A stretch of DNA of 19,828 nucleotides, taken from assembly GCA_963977445.1 (NCBI GenBank), contig CAXBPH010000119.1, positions 1 to 19,828 of the forward strand, read 5' to 3'. The translations under genes were made by a program, and so were the position numbers. Each line of letters opens with the position of its first letter. Position 1 is the stretch's first letter. Shown here in pieces: positions 7,637 to 15,934 of the stretch. The notes under the pieces were generated by a model that was not told where the DNA came from, did not search any database, and saw only the letters and a list, made by a program, of their open reading frames with translations. The DNA comes from an uncultured bacterium (lineage in GTDB: Bacteria > Hydrogenedentota > Hydrogenedentia > Hydrogenedentales > JAEUWI01).

Positions 7637-9547
7637 ATGTGTGGTATCTGCGGCATCGCCCATCCCCATCGGGATCACAAACCCGATAACGACTTGCTCG
7701 AGCGGATGACCCAATCCCTCGCCCACCGAGGCCCTGACGAATCGGGCACCGTCCTCACGCCCCATGTCAGTCTGGGTCATCGCCGCCTCTCCGTTATCGA
7801 CCTCGCAACGGGCCAGCAACCCATGGAAGAACCGGAACGCAATCTCCTCTTGAGCTACAACGGTGAGATCTACAACTTCCGCGACCTCCGCAAGGAGTTA
7901 ATCGCAGAAGGCATCCCGTTTCGGACCGATTCCGACACGGAAGTGCTCCTCCTCGGGTTTGCCCACTGGGGTATGGCACGCCTCCTCCAGAAAATCGTCG
8001 GCATGTATGCCTTCGCCCTCTGGGACGGCCGTGAACATCGGCTCTATCTCGTGCGCGACCGACTTGGCGTTAAGCCCCTCTATTGGTGCACCGATGCGGA
8101 CGGCACCCTCTATTTTGCCTCCGAACTCCGGGCCCTGCGTCTCACCCCCGCCGTAGAAGACTCGTTGAACGACACCGCCGCCTTCCACTACTTCAATCTC
8201 GGCTATGTCGTTGGCCAGGAGGCTATCATCCAGGGCGTACACCAACTGGCCCCCGGCACCTGCCTCACCTGGCAACCGGGCGCGCCACCACGGGTGGAAG
8301 ACTACTGGAATCTCGCCGAGGTGTGGACCCAGCGCCAGGAAGGAACAAGCCGACCTGAGCAAGAATATTACGAAGAATTTTCCGCCCTGCTTCAGCAAAC
8401 GATTGGAGAGCGCCTCCTCAGCGAAGTGCCCCTCGGCGCCTTTCTCAGTGGCGGACTGGACTCGAGCCTTATCTGCGCTGGCATACGGCAGCAACAGACG
8501 TCGCTCAAAACATTCAGCATGGGCTTTGAAGAGCGGAGCTACAGCGAATTGCCCTGGGCCACCCTCGTGGCCAATGACTTGGGCACAGATCATCAAGAAG
8601 CCATCGTTGCCTGTGAAGACCCCGACCTCCTCCTGCAAGTTGCAAGTCATCTCGATGAACCTTTCGCAGACACTTCCATACTCCCCACGTGGGTCCTCTG
8701 TCGGGAAGCGCGAACGCATCTCACGGTGGCCCTCTCCGGCGATGGCGGTGATGAACTACTCGCGGGCTACACCACCCATGCCGCGGACAAACTCCACGGC
8801 GTCGCCCGCCATCTGCCCCGCCCGGCGCTGACGATGGCCAACGCACTCATACAGGGCCTGCCGGACAGCCGGGCCAAGGTCGGCACCCTGTTCAAGCTGA
8901 AGCAATTCCTTGCCGGTGCCCACCGCGATGCCTGCGACGCCCACGCGAGTTGGCGCATGCTCCAGTCCCGCGATAACCTCCGTGCCCTGATCTTGCCCGA
9001 AGCCTGGGATGACACCTTCGATGCCTTCGCCCCTTTTCGCGAGGTCTACGATCAGGTGCCTCATCTGAACCCGCTGGATCGCATGCTCTATGTGGACTAC
9101 AAGACCTGGCTCGCCAACGATATTCTCGTAAAGGTAGATCGGGCCAGCATGGCCCACGGCCTCGAAGTGCGCAGCCCCTTCCTGGACCACCGTCTTGTGG
9201 AGTTCTGTGCTGGCATGCCACCGGCCCTGAAGCTGCGTGGTTTCCGTGGCAAACACATCATGCGAAAAGTCGCCGAAGGCCACGTGCCCGACGCCGTCAT
9301 TCGGCGCAAGAAAGCGGGCTTCAACTCCCCCGTGTCCCACTGGATCGCCGGCCCCTGGCGCGACCTGGTCCAAGACACCTTGCTGGGACACGACGCACCC
9401 GCACTGCTTCAGAAGGAACGCACACGCGCCCTCATCGATGAACACATGGCAGGCAAACGGGACCACGGCTTCCGACTCTTCGCCCTGCTCATGTTTGCGT
9501 TGTGGCAAACAAATGGGACAGCCCCGCGCAACAGTGTCGCAAAGTAG
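7637..9547 (+). CDS. asnB: Asparagine synthase (glutamine-hydrolysing) family amidotransferase
   Basis: MCGICG (Ntn Cys), HRGPD, GHRRLSVID, YNGEIYNF, RDRLGVKPLY, FLSGGLDSS, ALSGDGGDEL, KVDRASMAHGLEVRSPFLD and RRKKAGF. Confidence 0.93.
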   Translation: MCGICGIAHPHRDHKPDNDLLERMTQSLAHRGPDESGTVLTPHVSLGHRRLSVIDLATGQQPMEEPERNLLLSYNGEIYNFRDLRKELIAEGIPFRTDSDTEVLLLGFAHWGMARLLQKIVGMYAFALWDGREHRLYLVRDRLGVKPLYWCTDADGTLYFASELRALRLTPAVEDSLNDTAAFHYFNLGYVVGQEAIIQGVHQLAPGTCLTWQPGAPPRVEDYWNLAEVWTQRQEGTSRPEQEYYEEFSALLQQTIGERLLSEVPLGAFLSGGLDSSLICAGIRQQQTSLKTFSMGFEERSYSELPWATLVANDLGTDHQEAIVACEDPDLLLQVASHLDEPFADTSILPTWVLCREARTHLTVALSGDGGDELLAGYTTHAADKLHGVARHLPRPALTMANALIQGLPDSRAKVGTLFKLKQFLAGAHRDACDAHASWRMLQSRDNLRALILPEAWDDTFDAFAPFREVYDQVPHLNPLDRMLYVDYKTWLANDILVKVDRASMAHGLEVRSPFLDHRLVEFCAGMPPALKLRGFRGKHIMRKVAEGHVPDAVIRRKKAGFNSPVSHWIAGPWRDLVQDTLLGHDAPALLQKERTRALIDEHMAGKRDHGFRLFALLMFALWQTNGTAPRNSVAK

Positions 9548-9990
9548 CATAGTCAATCATGACGCGAACACACAGACGTTGTATGGTGGGAAGTCTACGG
9601 GCGTGGGCCTGTCCCTGTGGGCCAACGAGGGCGGCTTCCCTACCCCCGCAGGGACATGCCGCCGCACGAAGCATTTCGCGCCACCACAAGGTGTTCCAGC
9701 TGGCAACCAAATCATGCCCGCTTTCCAAGTACCGTTTGCGGCGGGACGTCCCATGGGACGGACCGGCGCAACAGTCTCTGAAAACAGCATAGAAAAACGT
9801 CGTGCAAGCACACGTACACGACATGGTGGGAAACACCACGGGCGTGGGCCTGTCCCCGTGGGCCGACTCAGACTGCCCTACCCCAGCAGGGACATGCCGC
9901 CGCACGAAGCATATCGCGCTACCACAAGGTATTCCAGCTGGCAACCCAAACATGCCCGCTTTCCCAGTATCTGTTGCGGCGGGACGTCCC
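9513..9990. repeat. Two tandem ~240-bp units (9513-9752, 9753-9990), each with two inverted pairs of GGGAC... REP-like motifs (BIME/REPIN- or MITE-like)
   Basis: The units align end to end, sharing ACGGGCGTGGGCCTGTCCC, GCAGGGACATGCCGCCGCACGAAGCAT, TTCCAGCTGGCAACC and TTGCGGCGGGACGTCCC. The cluster fills the gap between convergent asnB and ispH. Confidence 0.92.
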
Positions 9991-10911
9991 CTACGCTATC
10001 GCCGCGGGCAACCGGAAATACACATTCTCTTCCACCAACTCCCGCTCCGCCACGGTACATGGCTCGCGCTCCTGCAGGAAAGTAATTACGCCCTGCACGT
10101 GTTTGTCCGCCACGGAGGCTCCGGAGGTCAACAACAAGCGCTCGACCCCGTCGAGCCATTCTTCCTTGATGAAAGAGGCATCCAGAATCAGGTGGGCAGG
10201 CTTCCCCTTGCTCCGGGCAATTTCCGCCAGGCGCGCCGAATTGGCGCTTTCCTGATCACCCACCACCAACACCAGGTCCACTTCCAGGGCGAGGGCATTC
10301 ACCGCCGCCTGACGGTTGGTCGTGGCGTAGCAGATATCTTCCCGGGGCGGTTGCATGATATTCGGGAACTTCGCCTTCAGGGCATCGATAATCACCTGGC
10401 AATCATCCACGCTCAAGGTCGTCTGGGTGATATAGGAAAGATTGTCCGGGTCGACCACCTCCAGTTTGTCCACATCTTCTTTCGTGGTCACCAGGATGAT
10501 ATGCTCTGGGGCCTGACCCATGGTACCGATGGTTTCATCGTGACCTTCTTCCCCGATGAGAACAATGGTGTAGCCTTTTTTCGCAAATCGACGGGCTTCA
10601 TAGTGCACCTTTTCCACCAAGGGACACGTGGCATCCACCACTTCAAGCTTCAGACGCTTGGCCTGCTCCCAACGTCCCGGGCTTACGCCGTGGGCACTGA
10701 ACAGCAGATGGGACCCTTCGGGCACATCGTCGAGATCTTTAACGAACACCGCGCCCTGGTCCTGAAGCTCGTTGACCACATGGGCATTGTGCACGATGTT
10801 ATTCAACACATAGACGGGTGCGCCATAGCGCTCCAGCGCCTGTTCGACACACTTGATGGCCCGTTCTACGCCCGCACAGAATCCGCGGGGCTTGGCTACG
10901 ATAATATCCAT
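9991..10911 (-). CDS. ispH: 4-hydroxy-3-methylbut-2-enyl diphosphate reductase
   Basis: PRGFCAGVERA, IVHN, FSAHGV, DATCPLV, GHDE, TQTTLS, DICYATTNRQ and SGAS, including all three Fe-S cysteines. Start moved to ATG 10911 after AGGAG. Confidence 0.97.
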   Translation of the reverse strand: MDIIVAKPRGFCAGVERAIKCVEQALERYGAPVYVLNNIVHNAHVVNELQDQGAVFVKDLDDVPEGSHLLFSAHGVSPGRWEQAKRLKLEVVDATCPLVEKVHYEARRFAKKGYTIVLIGEEGHDETIGTMGQAPEHIILVTTKEDVDKLEVVDPDNLSYITQTTLSVDDCQVIIDALKAKFPNIMQPPREDICYATTNRQAAVNALALEVDLVLVVGDQESANSARLAEIARSKGKPAHLILDASFIKEEWLDGVERLLLTSGASVADKHVQGVITFLQEREPCTVAERELVEENVYFRLPAAIA

Positions 10912-11141
10912 GGTGGAAAAACTCCTGGGATGAGGTCGTGGGGGTGGCCTGACACCGGCTGCCCCGCACGGTTGTAATGAATTACGGCGCTCTCCCCGTA
11001 TTATAGCGCGATTCACGCTAAAATGGGAGTATACAGGGGATTAATCCTGCCAACACGCGAAACGTTCCCCGAAAAAGACCGACACGGGAGGCGAAAGTGT
11101 CCCTCGCCTAAAACGAGGGCACCACCACCTGAGACGGATAC

Positions 11142-11179
11142 AAAAATCCTCCGGCCCAGGAATTTTCCCAGGCCGGAGG
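11142..11179 (-). terminator. Intrinsic terminator of fbaA
   Basis: Minus-strand GC-rich stem CCTCCGGCC.../...GGCCGGAGG followed by ATTTTT, about 25 nt after the fbaA stop. Confidence 0.75.
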
Positions 11180-11205
11180 GCGATTAATCTATATCAATGG
11201 GGGAC

Positions 11206-12234
11206 TTAGCGGCCCATCGTCATGCCGGTGCTGCGCAGGTCGTCGCAGGCCTGGGAAATGCGGGCAGCCATGTTGGCGCGGCCTTTTTTGAGCCAGGCGC
11301 GGGGATCATACAACTTCTTGTTGCCCACTTCGCCTTCAACCTTAAGCACAGCGTCGTAGTTGTGGAACATGTGTTCAACAACGGGACGGGTGAAGGCATA
11401 CTGGGTGTCCGTATCGATGTTCATCTTGATAACGCCGTAGTCGAGCGTTTCGCGAATTTCATCCACACTGGAACCGGAGCCACCATGGAACACCAACCAG
11501 AAGCTGGCTTCTTCACCGTACTTGGCAACCACAGCATCCTGACCATTCTTGAGAATGATGGGGGTCAGCTTTACATTACCGGGCTTGTACACGCCGTGGA
11601 CGTTACCGAAGGTAGCGGCGAACATGTACTTGGCACCCTTGACCTGGTTCAATGCTTCATACACGGCAACCATATCTTCGGGGGTCGTGTAGAGCTTTTC
11701 GGCAGGTGTATTTTCGTTGCTTACACCGTCTTCTTCACCACCAACAACGCCCGCTTCCACTTCAAGAATGATTTCATTCTCGTGGCAAAGCTTCAGGACG
11801 TCGACGGACAGGTCCATGTTCTCTTTCAAGGGCAGCTCGCTGGCATCCAGCATGTGGCTGTTGAAGAGGTTGGGCTGTCCCGCAGCGCGACGACGGGCCG
11901 TCTCGGCGATCAGGGGCTTGAGGAAGGAATCAACCTTGCCGGGCTGGCAGTGGTCGGTGTGCAGCGCGATGTTGATGTCATAGGCAGCAGCAACGCGGTG
12001 CGTGTGCTCTGCGAGGGAGATGGCACCCAACACCATGTCATTGAGATTGCCGGAAGCGTGCTGGCCGCCCCCCGTGGAAACCTGAATGATACCGTCACTC
12101 TTCGACGCCACGAAGCCTTCGATGGCCGCATTGACCGTATCCGTGGTCGTAATGTTTACGGCGGGATAGGCATACTTTTCTTTTTTGGCCTTGTCTAACA
12201 TGGCGCAATATTTTTCAAAATCTACGACGGGCAT
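11206..12234 (-). CDS. fbaA: Class II fructose-bisphosphate aldolase
   Basis: ALHTDHC, FNSHMLDAS, LEVEAGVVGGEEDG, FGNVHGVYKPG, VFHGGSGS, KMNIDTD and YDPR. Start moved to ATG 12234 after GAAGGAG. Confidence 0.96.
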   Translation of the reverse strand: MPVVDFEKYCAMLDKAKKEKYAYPAVNITTTDTVNAAIEGFVASKSDGIIQVSTGGGQHASGNLNDMVLGAISLAEHTHRVAAAYDINIALHTDHCQPGKVDSFLKPLIAETARRRAAGQPNLFNSHMLDASELPLKENMDLSVDVLKLCHENEIILEVEAGVVGGEEDGVSNENTPAEKLYTTPEDMVAVYEALNQVKGAKYMFAATFGNVHGVYKPGNVKLTPIILKNGQDAVVAKYGEEASFWLVFHGGSGSSVDEIRETLDYGVIKMNIDTDTQYAFTRPVVEHMFHNYDAVLKVEGEVGNKKLYDPRAWLKKGRANMAARISQACDDLRSTGMTMGR

Positions 12235-12406
12235 GGTTCCATCTCCTTCTAAGATAGGTAGGTAAGGTGGGGCATCATTCCCACGGCGGGTCATGAGACC
12301 GACGCCCGGGATCGTGCAAGGTCACTTCGCGTGCATCCGGCGGAGAGGAGCTCCCTGCTGTCGGCGGGCGATATAGGGGCTAACCCTGTAGTCAACTGGC
12401 CCCATC

Positions 12407-12440
12407 AAAAAACCGCCTATAGCTTACTATAGGCGGTTTG
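12407..12440 (-). terminator. Intrinsic terminator closing the zinc-ribbon/TPR operon
   Basis: Minus strand AAACCGCCTATAG-TAAG-CTATAGGCGGTTT followed by further Ts. Confidence 0.85.
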
Positions 12441-12475
12441 CTTATTTCAATCGGAACATAACGGCCGGGACCACA

Positions 12476-13912
12476 TCAAGGCGTGTTAAGTTGCTCGGAG
12501 TAGGTCTTTTCCAACGACGCGATCTCCATATCAAAGGCGCGCTCCAGGATAGTTTTCAGCCCGGCTTCGTCCATGCCACCACCGTGGGTTTCCACCAGGC
12601 TGCGAACGTCTTGAATATAACCACTACCGCTGAACACTTCCGCGTTGTCTACAATTTCCTGCTTATAGGCCTGCACCCGAAGGCGGAGCTGGTTGAGACC
12701 ACGCTCGCGAAGGTTAAACTCCAGGGGAAATTCATCGGTGACTTCTTCGTAGGTGTTCATGGCTTCACGAATGAGGTCAATGGCCTCCGCATGATGACCA
12801 CGCACCGCCTCTTCCTCCGCCATGGAGCCCAGCTGTTCGGCACGCTCAATGTGTCCCTGATTGGCGGCCATACGGCCGTTCCGCTCCTCAATCAGCTTGG
12901 CCACAGCAAGGCGCTCGCCTTCGGCACTCGGGTGCAATGGGTTGATATCCACAGCCTTTTGGAGCGATTCCAGTGCCGCTTCCAATTGTTCATTATCAAG
13001 TTCGCGACCTGCCTTGGCCACGTAGTAGTCGGAAATCTTTCCCACTACTTCACGGCGTTCGGGGTCCATCACGAGGGCCTGCTGATATTTCTCTACGGAG
13101 CGCTCATAATAGGCCGCGCTGAAGTAGGCATCGCCCACGGCTACCAATGATTCCGCCGTGGGGCTCACCAACTTCTCATAGCGAACTTCTGCCGCATCCA
13201 TGGCCGCCGTGTTTTTCCGTGCAATGTAATACACCATGGCCCGCTTGGCGTAGTCCCGAAGCTTCGTTTCAGACACCGCGTTACTGCTGCCACCACCCGT
13301 AAGCACCGTAAGCCATACATCGGCCACCGCACGGGCGGAACGACTCGAATCTTCGCTGAGCAGGGAACCAGCAACGCCGGCAATCCCAATACCCCCTTCG
13401 TATTCCTTTTGGATAATGTCGTTATTCACATTTGCCTCGGCGATGCGGCGGGTGAAGTAATCTACCGGATCGACGAGCTCCCCTTTTCGGATGGAAACTG
13501 AAGTCGATTCAATCGCACGCTCCACATCGGTAAAATACAGATTGCGAAAGCTCGAGTCCGCCGTCGTCATGGGTGCCGTGGTCTGTGCCACGAGCTTGCC
13601 CAGCGCCCCCATGCGGTAGGCAAAATACTGATCCAGCGTATCACCGCGCGTCGCTTTCAACAGCACAATTTCTGCCTCAATGGCCTGAATCGGCCCGGCG
13701 AGCATATCGGGATACAACTCCATGAGCGTGCTCTGCGACTCGCCCGCACCCCGACGTACTGACTCACCCATTTTTGTCAGCGGGATATTGCCTTCTTTAG
13801 AAAGGAGGTGCATGGCCGTCGTGCTGATGGCCAATTGGGCCTTCGGGCCCCACGCATAGGATGGCACCACCATGGTGGCCACAATCAGAATAGCTGTCAA
13901 TCGGTATAACAT
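12476..13912 (-). CDS. Secreted TPR protein with a degenerate Zn-phospholipase C / S1-P1-like N-terminal domain
   Basis: Signal peptide ending SYA, then WG. TPR-like segments (GDAYFSAAYYERSVEKYQQALVMDP; LEAALESLQKAVDINP). GGAG RBS. The N-domain fold call is inference. Confidence 0.8.
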   Translation of the reverse strand: MLYRLTAILIVATMVVPSYAWGPKAQLAISTTAMHLLSKEGNIPLTKMGESVRRGAGESQSTLMELYPDMLAGPIQAIEAEIVLLKATRGDTLDQYFAYRMGALGKLVAQTTAPMTTADSSFRNLYFTDVERAIESTSVSIRKGELVDPVDYFTRRIAEANVNNDIIQKEYEGGIGIAGVAGSLLSEDSSRSARAVADVWLTVLTGGGSSNAVSETKLRDYAKRAMVYYIARKNTAAMDAAEVRYEKLVSPTAESLVAVGDAYFSAAYYERSVEKYQQALVMDPERREVVGKISDYYVAKAGRELDNEQLEAALESLQKAVDINPLHPSAEGERLAVAKLIEERNGRMAANQGHIERAEQLGSMAEEEAVRGHHAEAIDLIREAMNTYEEVTDEFPLEFNLRERGLNQLRLRVQAYKQEIVDNAEVFSGSGYIQDVRSLVETHGGGMDEAGLKTILERAFDMEIASLEKTYSEQLNTP

Positions 13913-13971
13913 CAGGATTTCTCCATTACGTTTGAAAATGTCATGGCAGTATCACTTCCGGAACCGCTGAA

Positions 13972-15510
13972 TCAGCCTTGACCGCGATCCAGGGCCTGCT
14001 GCAATTGCTTCACCAGAAGATCAACTTCATTTACTCGGCCACCGACCACATTGGCATCGGCCAGCTGAAGGTAGCGCTCTAATTCACGCAGCCCTTCGGA
14101 AAGGGCACTGCGACGCACATAGGCCAATCCATGTTCCAGATGGGCTGCCGGATAGTCATTGTCTTCCTGAATCGCCTTTCGGTAGAGCTCTTGAGCACTA
14201 ACCAAATCCCCCTGAAGGGCCGCAATCTGGCCTTCAAGGGTATAGATGCGGGGTGACGTTCCAAATTTACGGGCCTTGCGCAGGGATTCTTCCGCCCGAT
14301 CCAACTGATCCCGTTCCGTATACAAAATCCCCATCTGCACTGCAGACTCTTCCGCATAGGGACCACCACCAGATACAAGTCGTTCGAAATCCATCAACGC
14401 TTCATCCCCAAGCCCCGATGTCTGAAGACACAAGGCATAGAAGAATCGGGAACTATCGGAAGGTTGCGCCCCCTGAACGGGACGAAGCAGGGGAAGTGCC
14501 TTGTCAAAGTTACCCTCGGCCATATAGAGCAAGCCAAGCCGGGTCGCGGCAGCCTTGTCCCCTTCACCCGAAGCCGCCACCGCATCGGCCAACAGCGCGG
14601 TCGCCGTTTCCGTTGCGCCTTCCAGACTCGCCAGATAACCCTTCGCGAGTTGGGCGTTGCTATCGGTGGGCAGGGTAGCATCCAGCGACGTCCGGGCACC
14701 GTCGTAATCACCACTGAGGGCGCGCACAATGCCGCGATAGGCCACGACGTCTTCGCTACCGCCAGAGAGGGCTTCCAAGGTGTCCAGGCTTTCGCTGCTT
14801 GACGCCACATCGCCCGCCGCACCTTCGGCCAACGCAAGCATTTTCACCGCCTGCGCGTTTCCAGGGTGTTCCTCTACCATCCGCTTCAACGCGGCCATCT
14901 GTCGAGCCGCACCGGTTGCTTCCGGAAGCTTTCCCGTTGCGAGGACGGTCATGAACGCAAGATCTTCATCTTCAGGGCGGAGCCGCGACGCTGTTTCAAA
15001 GGCGGTGGAGGCATCTGGATACTGGCTGGTCTGCCAGTAGAGGCGCCCCAGCATCGCAAAGGCATCCACATCATCCTGCGCGGTATCGGTGTGCTTGCGC
15101 AATATATCAATCGCACCCAGGGTATCGCCGTCGCGGGCCTTTACCCGGGCGGCGTGAATTGGATCTTGCAGTAGCAGAAAAGCCAATGCGCCGACCAGAC
15201 CCACCACGACGATCACCAGACCACCGATGAGCAAGGGGGTCTTGCTGCGGGGCGGGGCGGTGAGCACTTGGGGTTGTTTGTCCGCAACCTGGTGCCCCGT
15301 GAGCAGGTTTACCCCGCAACGAACGCACACAATGTCGCCATCCTGAACCTTCGCCCCGCACGACGGACACTGGTCGTCGTTGGAACCATCTATCGGTGGG
15401 GGGGGAGGCGCAACGCGCCCCACTTCCACCGGCGATCCGCAATGGGGACAGTTCTCCAGGGACGGGTCGGTCAGTTTTCCACAAATTGAGCAATTTACTT
15501 TCGCAGCCAC
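13972..15510 (-). CDS. Double zinc-ribbon, single-TM, multi-TPR protein
   Basis: CSIC..CPHC and CPSC..CVRC ribbons with a Pro-rich linker, TM LLIGGLVIVVVGLVGALAFLLL and many TPR-like repeats. GTG start after GGAG. Confidence 0.88.
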   Translation of the reverse strand: MAAKVNCSICGKLTDPSLENCPHCGSPVEVGRVAPPPPPIDGSNDDQCPSCGAKVQDGDIVCVRCGVNLLTGHQVADKQPQVLTAPPRSKTPLLIGGLVIVVVGLVGALAFLLLQDPIHAARVKARDGDTLGAIDILRKHTDTAQDDVDAFAMLGRLYWQTSQYPDASTAFETASRLRPEDEDLAFMTVLATGKLPEATGAARQMAALKRMVEEHPGNAQAVKMLALAEGAAGDVASSSESLDTLEALSGGSEDVVAYRGIVRALSGDYDGARTSLDATLPTDSNAQLAKGYLASLEGATETATALLADAVAASGEGDKAAATRLGLLYMAEGNFDKALPLLRPVQGAQPSDSSRFFYALCLQTSGLGDEALMDFERLVSGGGPYAEESAVQMGILYTERDQLDRAEESLRKARKFGTSPRIYTLEGQIAALQGDLVSAQELYRKAIQEDNDYPAAHLEHGLAYVRRSALSEGLRELERYLQLADANVVGGRVNEVDLLVKQLQQALDRGQG

Positions 15511-15575
15511 AAAATATCTCCACCAGGTTACATCACACGGACGTACCGTCTCGCAAAATAGACCACACCGATCTG

Positions 15576-15746
15576 TTATTCATAGTCGGCAGGCAAATCC
15601 GCTGCGCAATGTTTACAATGTGTCGCTTCAAGCCTGTTCCAGCCGCCGCACGCAGTGCAACGCCTCCGAAACAACCACGGCACGCTTACCAGGGTAACAA
15701 GGGCAATGATACCCACCATGACGATGAGATAGAGCGCTCTAAACAC
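15576..15746 (-). CDS. 56-aa membrane-anchored zinc-ribbon protein (absent from the ORF track)
   Basis: Hand translation from GTG 15746 to TAA 15576: MFRALYLIVMVGIIALVTLVSVPWLFRRRCTACGGWNRLEATHCKHCAADLPADYE, i.e. TM helix, RRR, CxxC-x10-CxxC. Confidence 0.85.
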   Translation of the reverse strand: MFRALYLIVMVGIIALVTLVSVPWLFRRRCTACGGWNRLEATHCKHCAADLPADYE

Positions 15747-15793
15747 GCCGCAGCACTACCCCATGAGGGGCCAATGATTCGCACCAAATCGTC

Positions 15794-15829
15794 ATAATGG
15801 CATTATACACCCGATACCCGATTTGTGAA
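15794..15829 (-). promoter_or_regulatory. Putative sigma70 promoter of the zinc-ribbon/TPR operon with an overlapping palindrome
   Basis: Minus strand TTCACA-16 nt-TATAAT (15829-15802). Palindrome ATAATG-G-CATTAT at 15794-15806 covers the -10 and the predicted start region. Confidence 0.55.
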
Positions 15830-15934
15830 AGGGAATTGTCAACTGAAACCCCGACAGGGCAGTTGCCACGTTCACGGCAAGCCCTTGCGGTGCAAGCCTG
15901 TAGGAAGACCTCAAGAAAGATCTGAATAGAAAGA

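Noticed and set aside
7637..9547. AsnB as a lasso-peptide cyclase
   Set aside because: It retains the intact N-terminal Cys glutaminase domain, and no precursor, B1/RRE or B2 peptidase gene is nearby.
9513..9990. CRISPR array, or an 80-aa repeat protein (ORF 9237..10085)
   Set aside because: Motifs alternate in orientation, spacers are homologous between units and no cas genes are present. Unit 2 has a +1 frameshift relative to unit 1 and the ORF overlaps asnB and ispH.
9802..12198. Long plus-strand ORFs 9802..10977 and 11197..12198
   Set aside because: Antisense shadows of ispH and fbaA, typical of GC-rich codon bias. The same applies to 4236..4979, 7898..8719, 8756..9556, 12491..13150 and 19198..19764.
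12251..12375. Possible structured leader or riboswitch upstream of fbaA
   Set aside because: Only 4-6-bp helices in very GC-rich sequence and no recognisable aptamer consensus, so it cannot be separated from chance by eye.
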